Assembly (NCBI GenBank): GCA_027482225.1
Contig: JAIXWD010000005.1
Span: 64,957 to 128,956, forward strand
Direction of reading: 5' to 3'
Source: Bacteroidota bacterium
GTDB taxonomy: Bacteria > Bacteroidota > Bacteroidia > UKL13-3
Length of the DNA: 64,000 bases
Of this stretch, positions 1 through 8,458 are shown piece after piece (the stretch's first letter is position 1; the number at the start of each line of letters is the position of its first letter). Under the pieces are notes generated by a model. It was not told where the DNA came from. It searched no databases and worked only from the letters and a program-made list of their open reading frames with translations. Position numbers and translations under genes: made by a program.

Positions 1-1
1 T

Positions 2-448
2 GCGGGAGGATCAATTCCTCCTAATGCAACTTTAATTTTTGAAGTGGAGTTAATTGACGTAAAAGAGCCAATTAAACCTTGGAATGTAAAAAGTACTGAT
101 ACCATAACAACAGCAAGCGGATTACAATATATTGTAGTTGAAAAATCGAGTAACCCTGAAGCAGTAAAAGCTGAAAATGGTAAAACTGTTGATGTGCATT
201 ACACAGGCTTTTTAATGGGTGGTAAAGTGTTTGATTCGTCTATAGAAAGAGGACAACCCATTAGTTTTGAGTTGGGACAAGGACGTGTAATTAAGGGATG
301 GGAAGAAGGCATTGCCTTAATGCATGTTGGTGATAAGTTACGTTTAATAATCCCATCAAACTTAGGTTACGGACCAAATGGCGCAGGCGGAGTTATTCCT
401 CCAAATGCTACGTTGTTGTTTGATGTAGAGTTGGTAAATGTCAAGTAA
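2..448 (+). CDS. FKBP-type peptidyl-prolyl isomerase, 3' part of a multi-FKBP-domain protein (5' end outside window)
   Basis: The frame is open from base 2 and reads AGGSIPPNATLIFEVELIDVK (end of one FKBP domain), then a complete FKBP domain (VDVHYTG..FDSS..VIKGWEEG..IPPNATLLFDVEL). The ORF-track start at 44 is internal. Confidence 0.9.
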   Translation, partial: AGGSIPPNATLIFEVELIDVKEPIKPWNVKSTDTITTASGLQYIVVEKSSNPEAVKAENGKTVDVHYTGFLMGGKVFDSSIERGQPISFELGQGRVIKGWEEGIALMHVGDKLRLIIPSNLGYGPNGAGGVIPPNATLLFDVELVNVK

Positions 449-453
449 TATAT

Positions 454-507
454 AAATACGAAACGTAGTTCATCGGAGATAAATTCAAAACTCGAAACTC
501 GAAATTT
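454..507 (+). repeat. Degenerate heptamer array (aaatacg/aaattca/aaactcg/aaactcg/aaattt) interrupted by 20-bp unit copy 1 at 462-481
   Basis: Direct reading. Removing aacgtagttcatcggagata restores the 7-bp register. Confidence 0.75.
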
Positions 508-515
508 AATAGAGC

Positions 516-554
516 AATCGGCCGTTCAGCAAAAGTTGAATGGCCGATTTTTTT
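516..554 (+). terminator. Intrinsic terminator
   Basis: Stem aatcggccgttcagc-aaaa-gttgaatggccgatt (two G-U pairs) followed by a T run, downstream of the FKBP gene. Confidence 0.8.
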
Positions 555-735
555 AATGAATAATCCCTCATATTTTTTACCACTAGGAACAAAAAGTTTT
601 TACAGGAAATACACGAGTATAAGTCTATTACAAAAGCTACGGAATTACACAGAGAACTACAGCGGCAGCTGTGTTACTAAGCATTGTGCCTTTGTGTCTC
701 TGTGGTTCAACCCTATACCTTTGTTAACATTTCTA

Positions 736-743
736 TATATTTG
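736..743 (+). promoter_or_regulatory. Bacteroidota -7 promoter element (TAnnTTTG)
   Basis: tatatttg ends 4 nt before the ATG at 748. No well-spaced -33 TTTG seen. Confidence 0.45.
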
Positions 744-747
744 AATC

Positions 748-1206
748 ATGAAAAACATATCACTTGCATGTATGGCTTTATTTATAGTTGCGATTATTAC
801 CCAAAGTTGTAATCAACAACCTAAAATAATAAACACCATGCCCTGGGACATCAAAACAACTGATACCATAACTACCGAAAGTGGTTTAAAATATTTAGTG
901 GTTAAAAAAAGTAACAACCCTACCAAAGCAGAAAAAGGCATGATGGTAGATGTACACTACACCGGGTTTTTAACTGATGGAAAAGTATTTGATTCATCAA
1001 TTGAAAGAGGGAACCCCATTAGTTTTGAATTAGGAACAGGAAGTGTAATTAAAGGTTGGGATGAAGGTATTGCGTTGATGAACATTGGCGATAAATACCG
1101 TTTAATTATTCCTGCTGATTTAGGCTACGGTACAAACGGTGCCGGAAGTGATATTCCTCCTAATGCCACCTTGTTGTTTGATGTGGAGTTGGTGAATGTG
1201 AGGTAA
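748..1206 (+). CDS. FKBP-type peptidyl-prolyl isomerase, predicted lipoprotein
   Basis: Signal peptide with lipobox-like TQSC, followed by one FKBP domain closely similar to the upstream gene's last domain. Confidence 0.9.
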   Translation: MKNISLACMALFIVAIITQSCNQQPKIINTMPWDIKTTDTITTESGLKYLVVKKSNNPTKAEKGMMVDVHYTGFLTDGKVFDSSIERGNPISFELGTGSVIKGWDEGIALMNIGDKYRLIIPADLGYGTNGAGSDIPPNATLLFDVELVNVR

Positions 1207-1217
1207 AATGCTTAGTA

Positions 1218-1313
1218 AAATTCGAAACGTAGTCTAGCGAAGATAAATCCAAAGCACGAAATTCGAAATCCGAAACGTAGTTCAACAGAGCTAATTTTGA
1301 AGTTTTAACTTTT
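1218..1313 (+). repeat. Heptamer array with two 20-bp units (1226-1245 and 1274-1293)
   Basis: aaattcg a[aacgtagtctagcgaagata]aatcca aagcacg aaattcg aaatccg a[aacgtagttcaacagagcta]attttg aagtttt aactttt. Confidence 0.8.
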
Positions 1314-1356
1314 GAACGCAAAAGACGCTTCAAGTGTCACGATTGCAAATCGGGAT

Positions 1357-1455
1357 GTATCGAGAAGTGGATTGTTAAAATTAATTTATTATCTAAACTC
1401 CTACTCTCGATATTCGCGCCAAGCACTGCCTATGCAAAGCGAACTCGAGCAGGCT
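1357..1455. repeat. Copy 1 (left arm missing) of a REP/MITE-like inverted-repeat element
   Basis: gtatcgagaagtggattgttaaaatt...actcctactctcgata...aagcact...actcgagcaggct aligns with 1843-1964. Confidence 0.7.
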
Positions 1456-1568
1456 TATACTTTGCGAAGCAAACTCCTTTAATCAGAAGCGGTATACTTT
1501 GCCCTCTATTTACCTGACAGACGCTACGGTCTGCAGTGGTAGTCTTCAGTAAAAAAAATAAACTATTT

Positions 1569-1616
1569 AATAAAGAAACGAAGTTCAGCTTAACTAATTT
1601 CAAATGTTGAAGTTTT
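1569..1616 (+). repeat. Heptamer array with 20-bp unit (1577-1596)
   Basis: aataaag a[aacgaagttcagcttaacta]atttca aatgttg aagtttt. Confidence 0.7.
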
Positions 1617-1811
1617 GATATTCGTTGTGTAATGAATAAACCAAATTAGATTAATAATCTTAAAGCAATGTAAATGATTTAACGCAGAGTTTTGCAAATA
1701 ATCTTGCGAGGATTTGAGCATTGTTAATTTCAGATTTTGAGATACGCAGTGCAATGCCTGCGGCATTGGGGAGGAATTAACTTAAATATGATAATCAACG
1801 TTTGAACATAT

Positions 1812-1964
1812 CAGCCTCTTCGAGTTCGTAGCAAAGCGAAGAGTATCGAGAAGTGGATTTTTAAAATTTATTCTTTGTTCTATACTCCCCATTTAGCTGC
1901 GCTGAACTTCGTTTCGATACAAGCACTAACGCAATGGCAACTCAAGGTTCACTCGATGAGGCTG
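1812..1964. mobile_element. Copy 2 of the REP/MITE-like element, with 14-bp terminal inverted repeats and a 20-bp unit on the minus strand at 1894-1913
   Basis: Ends cagcctcttcgagt and actcgatgaggctg are 13/14 complementary. Inner inverted gtatcga/tcgatac. No coding capacity. Mobility is inferred. Confidence 0.6.
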
Positions 1965-1988
1965 TATATTAGTTGAACTGCATTTTTA

Positions 1989-2036
1989 AATATCGAAACG
2001 AAGTTCAGCGGAGCTAATGATGAATTTTGAAGTATT
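1989..2036 (+). repeat. Heptamer array with 20-bp unit (1997-2016)
   Basis: aatatcg a[aacgaagttcagcggagcta]atgatg aattttg aagtatt. Confidence 0.75.
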
Positions 2037-2114
2037 GATTTACTTGATAGGATAAATAAATCCACACCAATAAATCACTTCAAACCATGAACCCAACAAA
2101 CCTACTTTCCCATA

Positions 2115-3509
2115 CTAATTCGCCTTAGCCAACGTGCTTATGTAATTCAAACCCCCACGCTCTTTTATTTTACCAAAACCACCCCATACATTTTTTACAT
2201 TTTTAACGCCATGTGCCTTTAAATAACTTACGGCAATCATGCTGCGGTAGCCACCTGCACAATGCACTAAGTATTCTTTAGTTGGGTCGAGTGCTTTGGT
2301 ATTTTCAACAATTTTATCCAAAGAAAAATGCTGTGCTTTATCCACGTGAAGGTCGTTAAACTCGCCTGGCTTGCGGACATCTAACACACCTACTTCACTG
2401 TGTTTTACATCTAACACAAACTCTTCGTCATCAATAGAAATTACCATATCGTAACGTTTATCCGCATCTGTCCATGCTTCAAAACCACCTTGTAAGTAAC
2501 CTTCAATTTTATCAAAACCCACACGTGTTAAACGCTCAATACTCTCCTGCTCTTTACCTGCATCGGTAACCAAAACAATTGGCGTTGAAATATCTAAAAT
2601 AGTTGCAGCCCAAATGGCGTATTGTCCGTTTAAACCAAAGTTTAACGAACGTGGAACAAAACCCAATTCAAACACATCAGGAATACGTGTATCAATAATC
2701 GTTGCACCATTTTTTACTACTTCTTCAAATGCCTGTATACTTAATGCTTTCATGCCATGAGTCAATACTTCATCAAACGAAGCATAGCCTTGTTTGTTTA
2801 ATTTAGCATCTTTAAAAAAGTAAGCCGGTGCAGGTTGAATACCATCGGTAACTGTATTAATAAAATCGGCTTTACTCATGGGTTGTAAGGCATAGTTATT
2901 AGCACGTTGCTCGCCAATGCTACTAAAAGTTTCTTTACCAATATTTTTTCCGCAAGCACTGCCTGCACCATGTGCAGGGTAAACAATAACTTCATCGGCT
3001 AATGGTAATAATTTCTTGTGTAATGAGTCGTACATCATACCAGCCAATTCTTCTTTGGTAATTACACCATCCAATAAATCTGGTCGCCCAACATCGCCAA
3101 CAAATAAAGTATCTCCGGTAAACACACAATGGTCTTTACCGTTTTCGTCTTGTAACAAAAAGCAACTGCTTTCGGGTGTATGTCCGGGAGTATGCAAAAC
3201 CTTAATGGCCAATTTACCCAATATTAGCAGCTCACCATCAGTGGCTACTTGCACCGGGTAATTGGTTTGTGTTGTAGGACCATACACAATTTTAGCTCCT
3301 GTTTTGTTGGCCAAATCAATATGACCGCTTACAAAATCGGCATGAAAATGTGTTTCGAAAATATACTTAATTTTAGCACCACGCTCGTTGGCCATCGCCA
3401 GATAAGCTTCGTAATCTCTTAATGGATCTATAATAGCGGCTTCGCCATCGCTTTCAATATAATAAGCGGCTTGCGCCAAACAGCTAGTATATAATTGTTG
3501 AATGTACAT
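2115..3509 (-). CDS. MBL-fold hydrolase fused to rhodanese domains (persulfide dioxygenase/sulfurtransferase-like)
   Basis: THFHADF metal motif, HTPGHT, FTGDTLF, PAHGAGSACG, and a C-terminal rhodanese active loop HCAGGYRS. Confidence 0.88.
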   Translation of the reverse strand: MYIQQLYTSCLAQAAYYIESDGEAAIIDPLRDYEAYLAMANERGAKIKYIFETHFHADFVSGHIDLANKTGAKIVYGPTTQTNYPVQVATDGELLILGKLAIKVLHTPGHTPESSCFLLQDENGKDHCVFTGDTLFVGDVGRPDLLDGVITKEELAGMMYDSLHKKLLPLADEVIVYPAHGAGSACGKNIGKETFSSIGEQRANNYALQPMSKADFINTVTDGIQPAPAYFFKDAKLNKQGYASFDEVLTHGMKALSIQAFEEVVKNGATIIDTRIPDVFELGFVPRSLNFGLNGQYAIWAATILDISTPIVLVTDAGKEQESIERLTRVGFDKIEGYLQGGFEAWTDADKRYDMVISIDDEEFVLDVKHSEVGVLDVRKPGEFNDLHVDKAQHFSLDKIVENTKALDPTKEYLVHCAGGYRSMIAVSYLKAHGVKNVKNVWGGFGKIKERGGLNYISTLAKAN

Positions 3510-3787
3510 GGTAGTAAATTTTATAAGAGCAAAGTTGCACTTTTAATGGAATTATTCAATACAAAGAAGGAAGAGGGTTTGAGATTGTGGGGGGAAATAG
3601 ATCTAGGTAACCCATATTAAATTTGGTGTGGTATATTTCAGAAGCACTGACCGAACAATACGTTTAACCCAATCAACATAAGAAATAATGAATTGATTAA
3701 TTTGAGTTTCACCACAAACCTACCCACAACAAAATTTGCTGAATAGCTCTAAATAGTGCAAATTGCAGACGCATTTTTACAAATCAC

Positions 3788-4495
3788 ATGAAATACAAAA
3801 GAGTTCTCTTAAAATTAAGTGGCGAAGCATTGATGGGTTCGCAGCAATATGGTATTGATCCTAAAATATTAGAACTATATGCTGCTGATATTAAGCAAGT
3901 AACCGACCAAGGTGTACAAGTAGCCATTGTTATTGGCGGAGGAAATATTTTTAGAGGTGTGCAAGGTGTTTCGGGTGGTATTGTTGATAGGGCGCAAGGC
4001 GATTACATGGGCATGTTGGCTACCGTAATTAATGCCATGGCTTTACAAGGTGCATTGGAAAAAGCGGGTATTAAAACCCGTTTGCAAAGTGCCATTAAAA
4101 TGGAGCAAATTTGTGAACCATTTATTCGCAGACGTGCCATGCGTCACCTAGAAAAAGGTCGCGTAGTAATTTTTGGTGCTGGTACCGGTAACCCTTATTT
4201 TACTACCGATAGTGCTGCAAGTTTACGTGCGGTTGAAATTGAAGCAAACCTGGTTTTAAAAGGTACACGTGTAGATGGTATTTACACTGCCGACCCAGAG
4301 AAAGATGCCACAGCAACTCGTTACGAAAAGGTAAGTTACAGTGAAGTTTACGAAAAAGGTTTAAACGTAATGGACTTAACAGCTATTACTTTATGCCAAG
4401 AAAATAAGTTACCAATTGTGGTGTTCGACATGAACAAAGAAGGAAACTTTTTAAGGGTTTGTGCCGGTGAAAGTGTTGGTACTTTAGTGAGTTAA
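3788..4495 (+). CDS. pyrH: Uridylate kinase
   Basis: [29 protein letters not shown] and [11 protein letters not shown] motifs. Adjacent to frr. Confidence 0.97.
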   Translation: MKYKRVLLKLSGEALMGSQQYGIDPKILELYAADIKQVTDQGVQVAIVIGGGNIFRGVQGVSGGIVDRAQGDYMGMLATVINAMALQGALEKAGIKTRLQSAIKMEQICEPFIRRRAMRHLEKGRVVIFGAGTGNPYFTTDSAASLRAVEIEANLVLKGTRVDGIYTADPEKDATATRYEKVSYSEVYEKGLNVMDLTAITLCQENKLPIVVFDMNKEGNFLRVCAGESVGTLVS

Positions 4496-4519
4496 TAATA
4501 AAATTTAATTTTTTTTGAT

Positions 4520-5086
4520 ATGAGCGATCCACGTTTAAAACAAGTACTTGATCATTTAAAAGAAGGTATGGACAAAGCAATTGACCATGCCGCAAGTGAA
4601 TTTAGTAAAATACGTGCCGGTAAGGCACACCCAAGTATGCTTGATGCTGTTAAGGTTGATTACTACGGTAGTTTAGTTCCTTTAAGCCAAGTAGCCAATG
4701 TGAATACACCTGATGCTAAAACTTTGGCTATTCAGCCTTGGGAAAAAAGCATGTTACAAGCCATCGAAAAAGGAATTATTATTTCTAACTTAGGTTTTAA
4801 CCCAAGCAATGATGGTACCATGATTCGTTGTATTTTACCTCCTTTAACTGAAGAGCGTAGAAGAGAAATTGTAAAAAAAGTAAAAGCCGAAGCCGAAAAC
4901 GCAAAAATTACAGGACGTAACTTACGTAAAGATGCCAACGAAAGCATTAAACGTTTACAAAAAGAAGGTTTACCTGAAGATGAAGCCAAAGTTGGCGAAA
5001 CTCAAGTACAAAAAAATACTGATGCCTATATCAAAAAAATTGATGAGCTAACTGCAGCTAAAGAAGCTGAAGTAATGCACGTTTAA
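4520..5086 (+). CDS. frr: Ribosome recycling factor
   Basis: IRAGKA..LD.VKVDYYG, NP.NDG and PPLTEERR motifs. Confidence 0.97.
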   Translation: MSDPRLKQVLDHLKEGMDKAIDHAASEFSKIRAGKAHPSMLDAVKVDYYGSLVPLSQVANVNTPDAKTLAIQPWEKSMLQAIEKGIIISNLGFNPSNDGTMIRCILPPLTEERRREIVKKVKAEAENAKITGRNLRKDANESIKRLQKEGLPEDEAKVGETQVQKNTDAYIKKIDELTAAKEAEVMHV

Positions 5087-5138
5087 TTTTTGTGGTTTTA
5101 TTTTTTCAACTAATTTTTAAAAAAATTATACACCTATA

Positions 5139-7160
5139 GTGATTGATTCACAACGTATAAAACGCATTCTTTTAACACTGGCTAAAATAGCCGGTGTTTT
5201 TTTGTTATTGGTAATAGTTGCTTTTTTTAGTTTCAGAAACATGCTTTTACAAAAAGCATTAACTAAAATAACCAATAAAGTAAAAACAGATTATGCCGCT
5301 ACTTTTAGTATAAAACAAGCTGAATTTACCGGTATTGCCAGTGTTAAACTTACTGATGTAAGCCTTGTTCCGGCTAACCACGACAGTATTCTACATATTG
5401 CCAGTATTGAAACTGGAATTAAATTGGCCTATGCGTTATTTTTAGATTTTAGGTTGGATGATTTGAAGGTGAATGATGGCTACCTTAATTTAGTAAGTGA
5501 TGAGCGCGGACGTAATTTCGATGCTTTTTTGCGCAGTAAAAATAATGATATTGAAAAGGAATCAGACAACAAACCATCAAGCAAAAACTTAGCAAAAAAG
5601 GCTTACCGACTTATAAGTAAAGTATTAAATTTTATACCTGCTGATTTAGGAATAAATAATGTTGCTTTAAAAATAGTTGACCACAAACAGCATGTATCTT
5701 TTAACATGCAACAGTTGGTTTTAAATGATGAGCAATTAGAATCGTTTATTAATGTAAGCAGTGCAAAAGACTCGCTAGTAAGCGAAACGTTTAATCAAAC
5801 ATGGCACATTAAAGGTACGGCAAACCCGCAGAAAAAAAAGGCTGATGTTCAGTTTTACAATAAGGATACCGGCCATGTAAAACTCCCTTATTTACAGGAT
5901 AAGTTTAACTTAGTAGCAGGTTTTGATAGCATTCGTCTTAAGCTGGATGAAGTTGATATAGACAATGATGTACTAAACATAAAAGGCCTTGCAAGTACAA
6001 CAAATTTTATGGTTAATCACCCCAAAATATCAAGCAAAGATGTGGTGATAGAAAAGGCTGAGTTTGATTATTTATTTGTATTAGGTAGTAATTTTATTTC
6101 GCTTGATAGTTCTTCAACCGTAAAGTTTAACAAGGTTAATTTCCATCCGTTTATTAAGTACCAACGCGGACCAGATACTACTTACCAGTTTAATGTAGTG
6201 ATTGAAAAAACATCGGCACAAGATTTTATTAGCTCTTTGCCAGAAGGTTTGTTTACGCACTTTAAAGGCATGGAAGCCGAAGGTACTTTTAGTTACCGCT
6301 TAGACTTTTTATATAACGAAAATAAACCACGTGATTTAGTTTTTGATAGCCAATTGGAAAAAGAAGGATTATGTATTACTAAATATGGTGAGGCCAACTT
6401 AAGTAAACTTAATGGCGATTTTGTATATAACGCCTTAGAAAAAGGCAGAATACAACGCAGCATTGATGTAAGTTATGATAACCCGAATTATGTTCCGCTA
6501 GAGCAAATTTCTCCGTTGCTTAAAAAGGCTGTTTTAACAACTGAAGATCCTTCGTTTTTTTACCACCGTGGTTTTATTGATGAAGCCTTTCGCCAATCCA
6601 TCATTAAAAATATTCGCAAACGTAAATTTGCCCGTGGTGCTAGTACCATTAGTATGCAGTTGGTTAAAAATGTATTCTTAACCAGAGAAAAAACGTTGTC
6701 GCGTAAGTTGGAAGAAATTTTATTGGTTTACATTTTAGAGAACAACCGACTAAGTAGCAAAGAGCGCATGTTTGAGGTGTACTTAAACATCATAGAGTGG
6801 GGACCAAATGTTTATGGAATTGGCGAAGCGACTCGTTTTTATTTTGGTAAATCACCATCAGAATTAACCTTGAGTGAAGCCATGTATTTAGCCATTATTA
6901 TACCAAGTCCTAAAAAATTTATGTGGCGTTTTGGAAAAGATGGGCAATTAAAAGACCATGTGGGTAGGCACTTCCTCTCGCTTGCAGGATTGATGATTAG
7001 ACGTAATGTGTTGATGCAGGAAGACACCATGGGTCTCACACATCACATTAGTATAAACGGACCGGCAAAGGGTTTTATAAAAATTACAGCAGATACTTTA
7101 GTTAACGACACTTTATTGTTTGATGAAAATGGTTTGATGTTGCCTGGTGAGGAGGAGTAA
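5139..7160 (+). CDS. Monofunctional peptidoglycan transglycosylase (GT51) with a long N-terminal extension
   Basis: GT51 motifs EDPSFFYHRG, RGASTISMQLVKN, RKLEE and KERMFEVYLN. N-terminal TM anchor. No transpeptidase domain. Confidence 0.88.
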   Translation: MIDSQRIKRILLTLAKIAGVFLLLVIVAFFSFRNMLLQKALTKITNKVKTDYAATFSIKQAEFTGIASVKLTDVSLVPANHDSILHIASIETGIKLAYALFLDFRLDDLKVNDGYLNLVSDERGRNFDAFLRSKNNDIEKESDNKPSSKNLAKKAYRLISKVLNFIPADLGINNVALKIVDHKQHVSFNMQQLVLNDEQLESFINVSSAKDSLVSETFNQTWHIKGTANPQKKKADVQFYNKDTGHVKLPYLQDKFNLVAGFDSIRLKLDEVDIDNDVLNIKGLASTTNFMVNHPKISSKDVVIEKAEFDYLFVLGSNFISLDSSSTVKFNKVNFHPFIKYQRGPDTTYQFNVVIEKTSAQDFISSLPEGLFTHFKGMEAEGTFSYRLDFLYNENKPRDLVFDSQLEKEGLCITKYGEANLSKLNGDFVYNALEKGRIQRSIDVSYDNPNYVPLEQISPLLKKAVLTTEDPSFFYHRGFIDEAFRQSIIKNIRKRKFARGASTISMQLVKNVFLTREKTLSRKLEEILLVYILENNRLSSKERMFEVYLNIIEWGPNVYGIGEATRFYFGKSPSELTLSEAMYLAIIIPSPKKFMWRFGKDGQLKDHVGRHFLSLAGLMIRRNVLMQEDTMGLTHHISINGPAKGFIKITADTLVNDTLLFDENGLMLPGEEE

Positions 7161-7168
7161 TAACAAGT

Positions 7169-8458
7169 TTAATTAAGCCACTTATAGGCTATCCCAAATT
7201 TTAAATATACCATCCATACTTGTTGTGTTAAAAACATAACAATCATATAAAGACACAACAAGCTATATAATACTTTAGGTAAAATAGTTTTTTGTGTAAA
7301 AGCCATTTTTACTTTTTGCCACAGTATTGGTAAACCTATAGCAACTATTAATGCATACCAAATAGAAAAATGTTTGTTCACAAAAATATGGATAAAGCCA
7401 TGTTGAGCCATGCAGATGGTCCATGCAATAGAAGCAAAAAACAATGCCCAAAGTATTTGATATAATTTTTTGTTGGTGGCTCTTAATTCTTTCATCACCC
7501 AAAAAGCCAATATAAGAACAGCCCAACCTGGGAACATATAAAACCGCTCCATCCTGTTAAACCAACTAAAAGGTATTTGCCAATAATCGGCAGGGCCAAA
7601 TGCAGATTCAGCAATATTTTGCGCTGTTTCAGTTCCTGCGGTTCTAAAAAGAAAAGCATCTTTCATGTCTGTTAACGCCAAATCCCAACTGTTAAAGTAT
7701 ATCGCATTTTGGTATAAGTGCAGTATGAAACCAATTACAACAAAAGCTGCTGCTCCAACGGTTTCAATTGTAAATATTCGTTTCTTAAAAATAATTGAAA
7801 AGCCTAAGGTTAAAATTCCAAGGTAAACGGGTTGCTCAAAAGAAATATTAACCTGAATCAACATGATAAAAAACAGCGCAGCCAATAAACGTTTGTTATT
7901 GCATCCTTGCATAAAGTAAGTGTACAATAAATAAAAATAAATCCATTTTAACAGCTCGCCATACAAATGTTGATGTAGGTTATCGGCCCAAGTTAAAAAG
8001 TAAGAGGCCAATAAAATACTTGCTGCACCTAATAAAGTTTGTATTCTGTTTTGGGTAATTTGATATATCACAAAAAAAATAAACACAAAAAATAACACTG
8101 CTATTAACAGTGGTACTAACCTAAGCACAGGCTCGTAAACAGTACCAAACATGTTGGCATAAAAACCAGCTAAAATATTGGGCAATGACGGATAGTGTGT
8201 GTATGCGTTTGTACCTTTTAGCTCAGGATAATAATCGTGTACGGGTAAAAATGCTGTTTGTGTAAAACCACTATCTAGAAAATATTTTGCTGATGAAATG
8301 GTATTGATATCGCTATAGCCATCACCATAAACTGAACTGCGTGCTTTATTACCATCAAACACAGAAACTGTAAAAGTACGTGTTACCAAAATGGTAAAAC
8401 AGAAAATGAATATAACCCATTTCCAAGTATTAAACTGCTTAAGCGAAAGATCTTTCAT
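7169..8458 (-). CDS. Multi-TM membrane protein, probable GT-C glycosyltransferase (ArnT/PMT-like)
   Basis: Many hydrophobic segments, an acidic first loop (GDGYSD) and a YTHYPSLP motif. Overlaps the upstream GT9 gene. Confidence 0.6.
   Translation of the reverse strand: MKDLSLKQFNTWKWVIFIFCFTILVTRTFTVSVFDGNKARSSVYGDGYSDINTISSAKYFLDSGFTQTAFLPVHDYYPELKGTNAYTHYPSLPNILAGFYANMFGTVYEPVLRLVPLLIAVLFFVFIFFVIYQITQNRIQTLLGAASILLASYFLTWADNLHQHLYGELLKWIYFYLLYTYFMQGCNNKRLLAALFFIMLIQVNISFEQPVYLGILTLGFSIIFKKRIFTIETVGAAAFVVIGFILHLYQNAIYFNSWDLALTDMKDAFLFRTAGTETAQNIAESAFGPADYWQIPFSWFNRMERFYMFPGWAVLILAFWVMKELRATNKKLYQILWALFFASIAWTICMAQHGFIHIFVNKHFSIWYALIVAIGLPILWQKVKMAFTQKTILPKVLYSLLCLYMIVMFLTQQVWMVYLKFGIAYKWLN

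Noticed and set aside
44..448. 134-aa stand-alone FKBP as given in the ORF track
   Set aside because: The frame is open to the window edge and encodes the end of a preceding FKBP domain, so the GTG at 44 is internal.
556..744. 62-aa ORF between the FKBP genes
   Set aside because: It overlies degenerate inverted repeats and the next gene's promoter-like element. No recognisable protein features.
462..2016. CRISPR array formed by the 20-bp repeats
   Set aside because: Spacing is irregular (28 bp to over 700 bp), one copy is inverted, a gene lies between copies, the intervening DNA is itself repetitive, and there are no cas genes.
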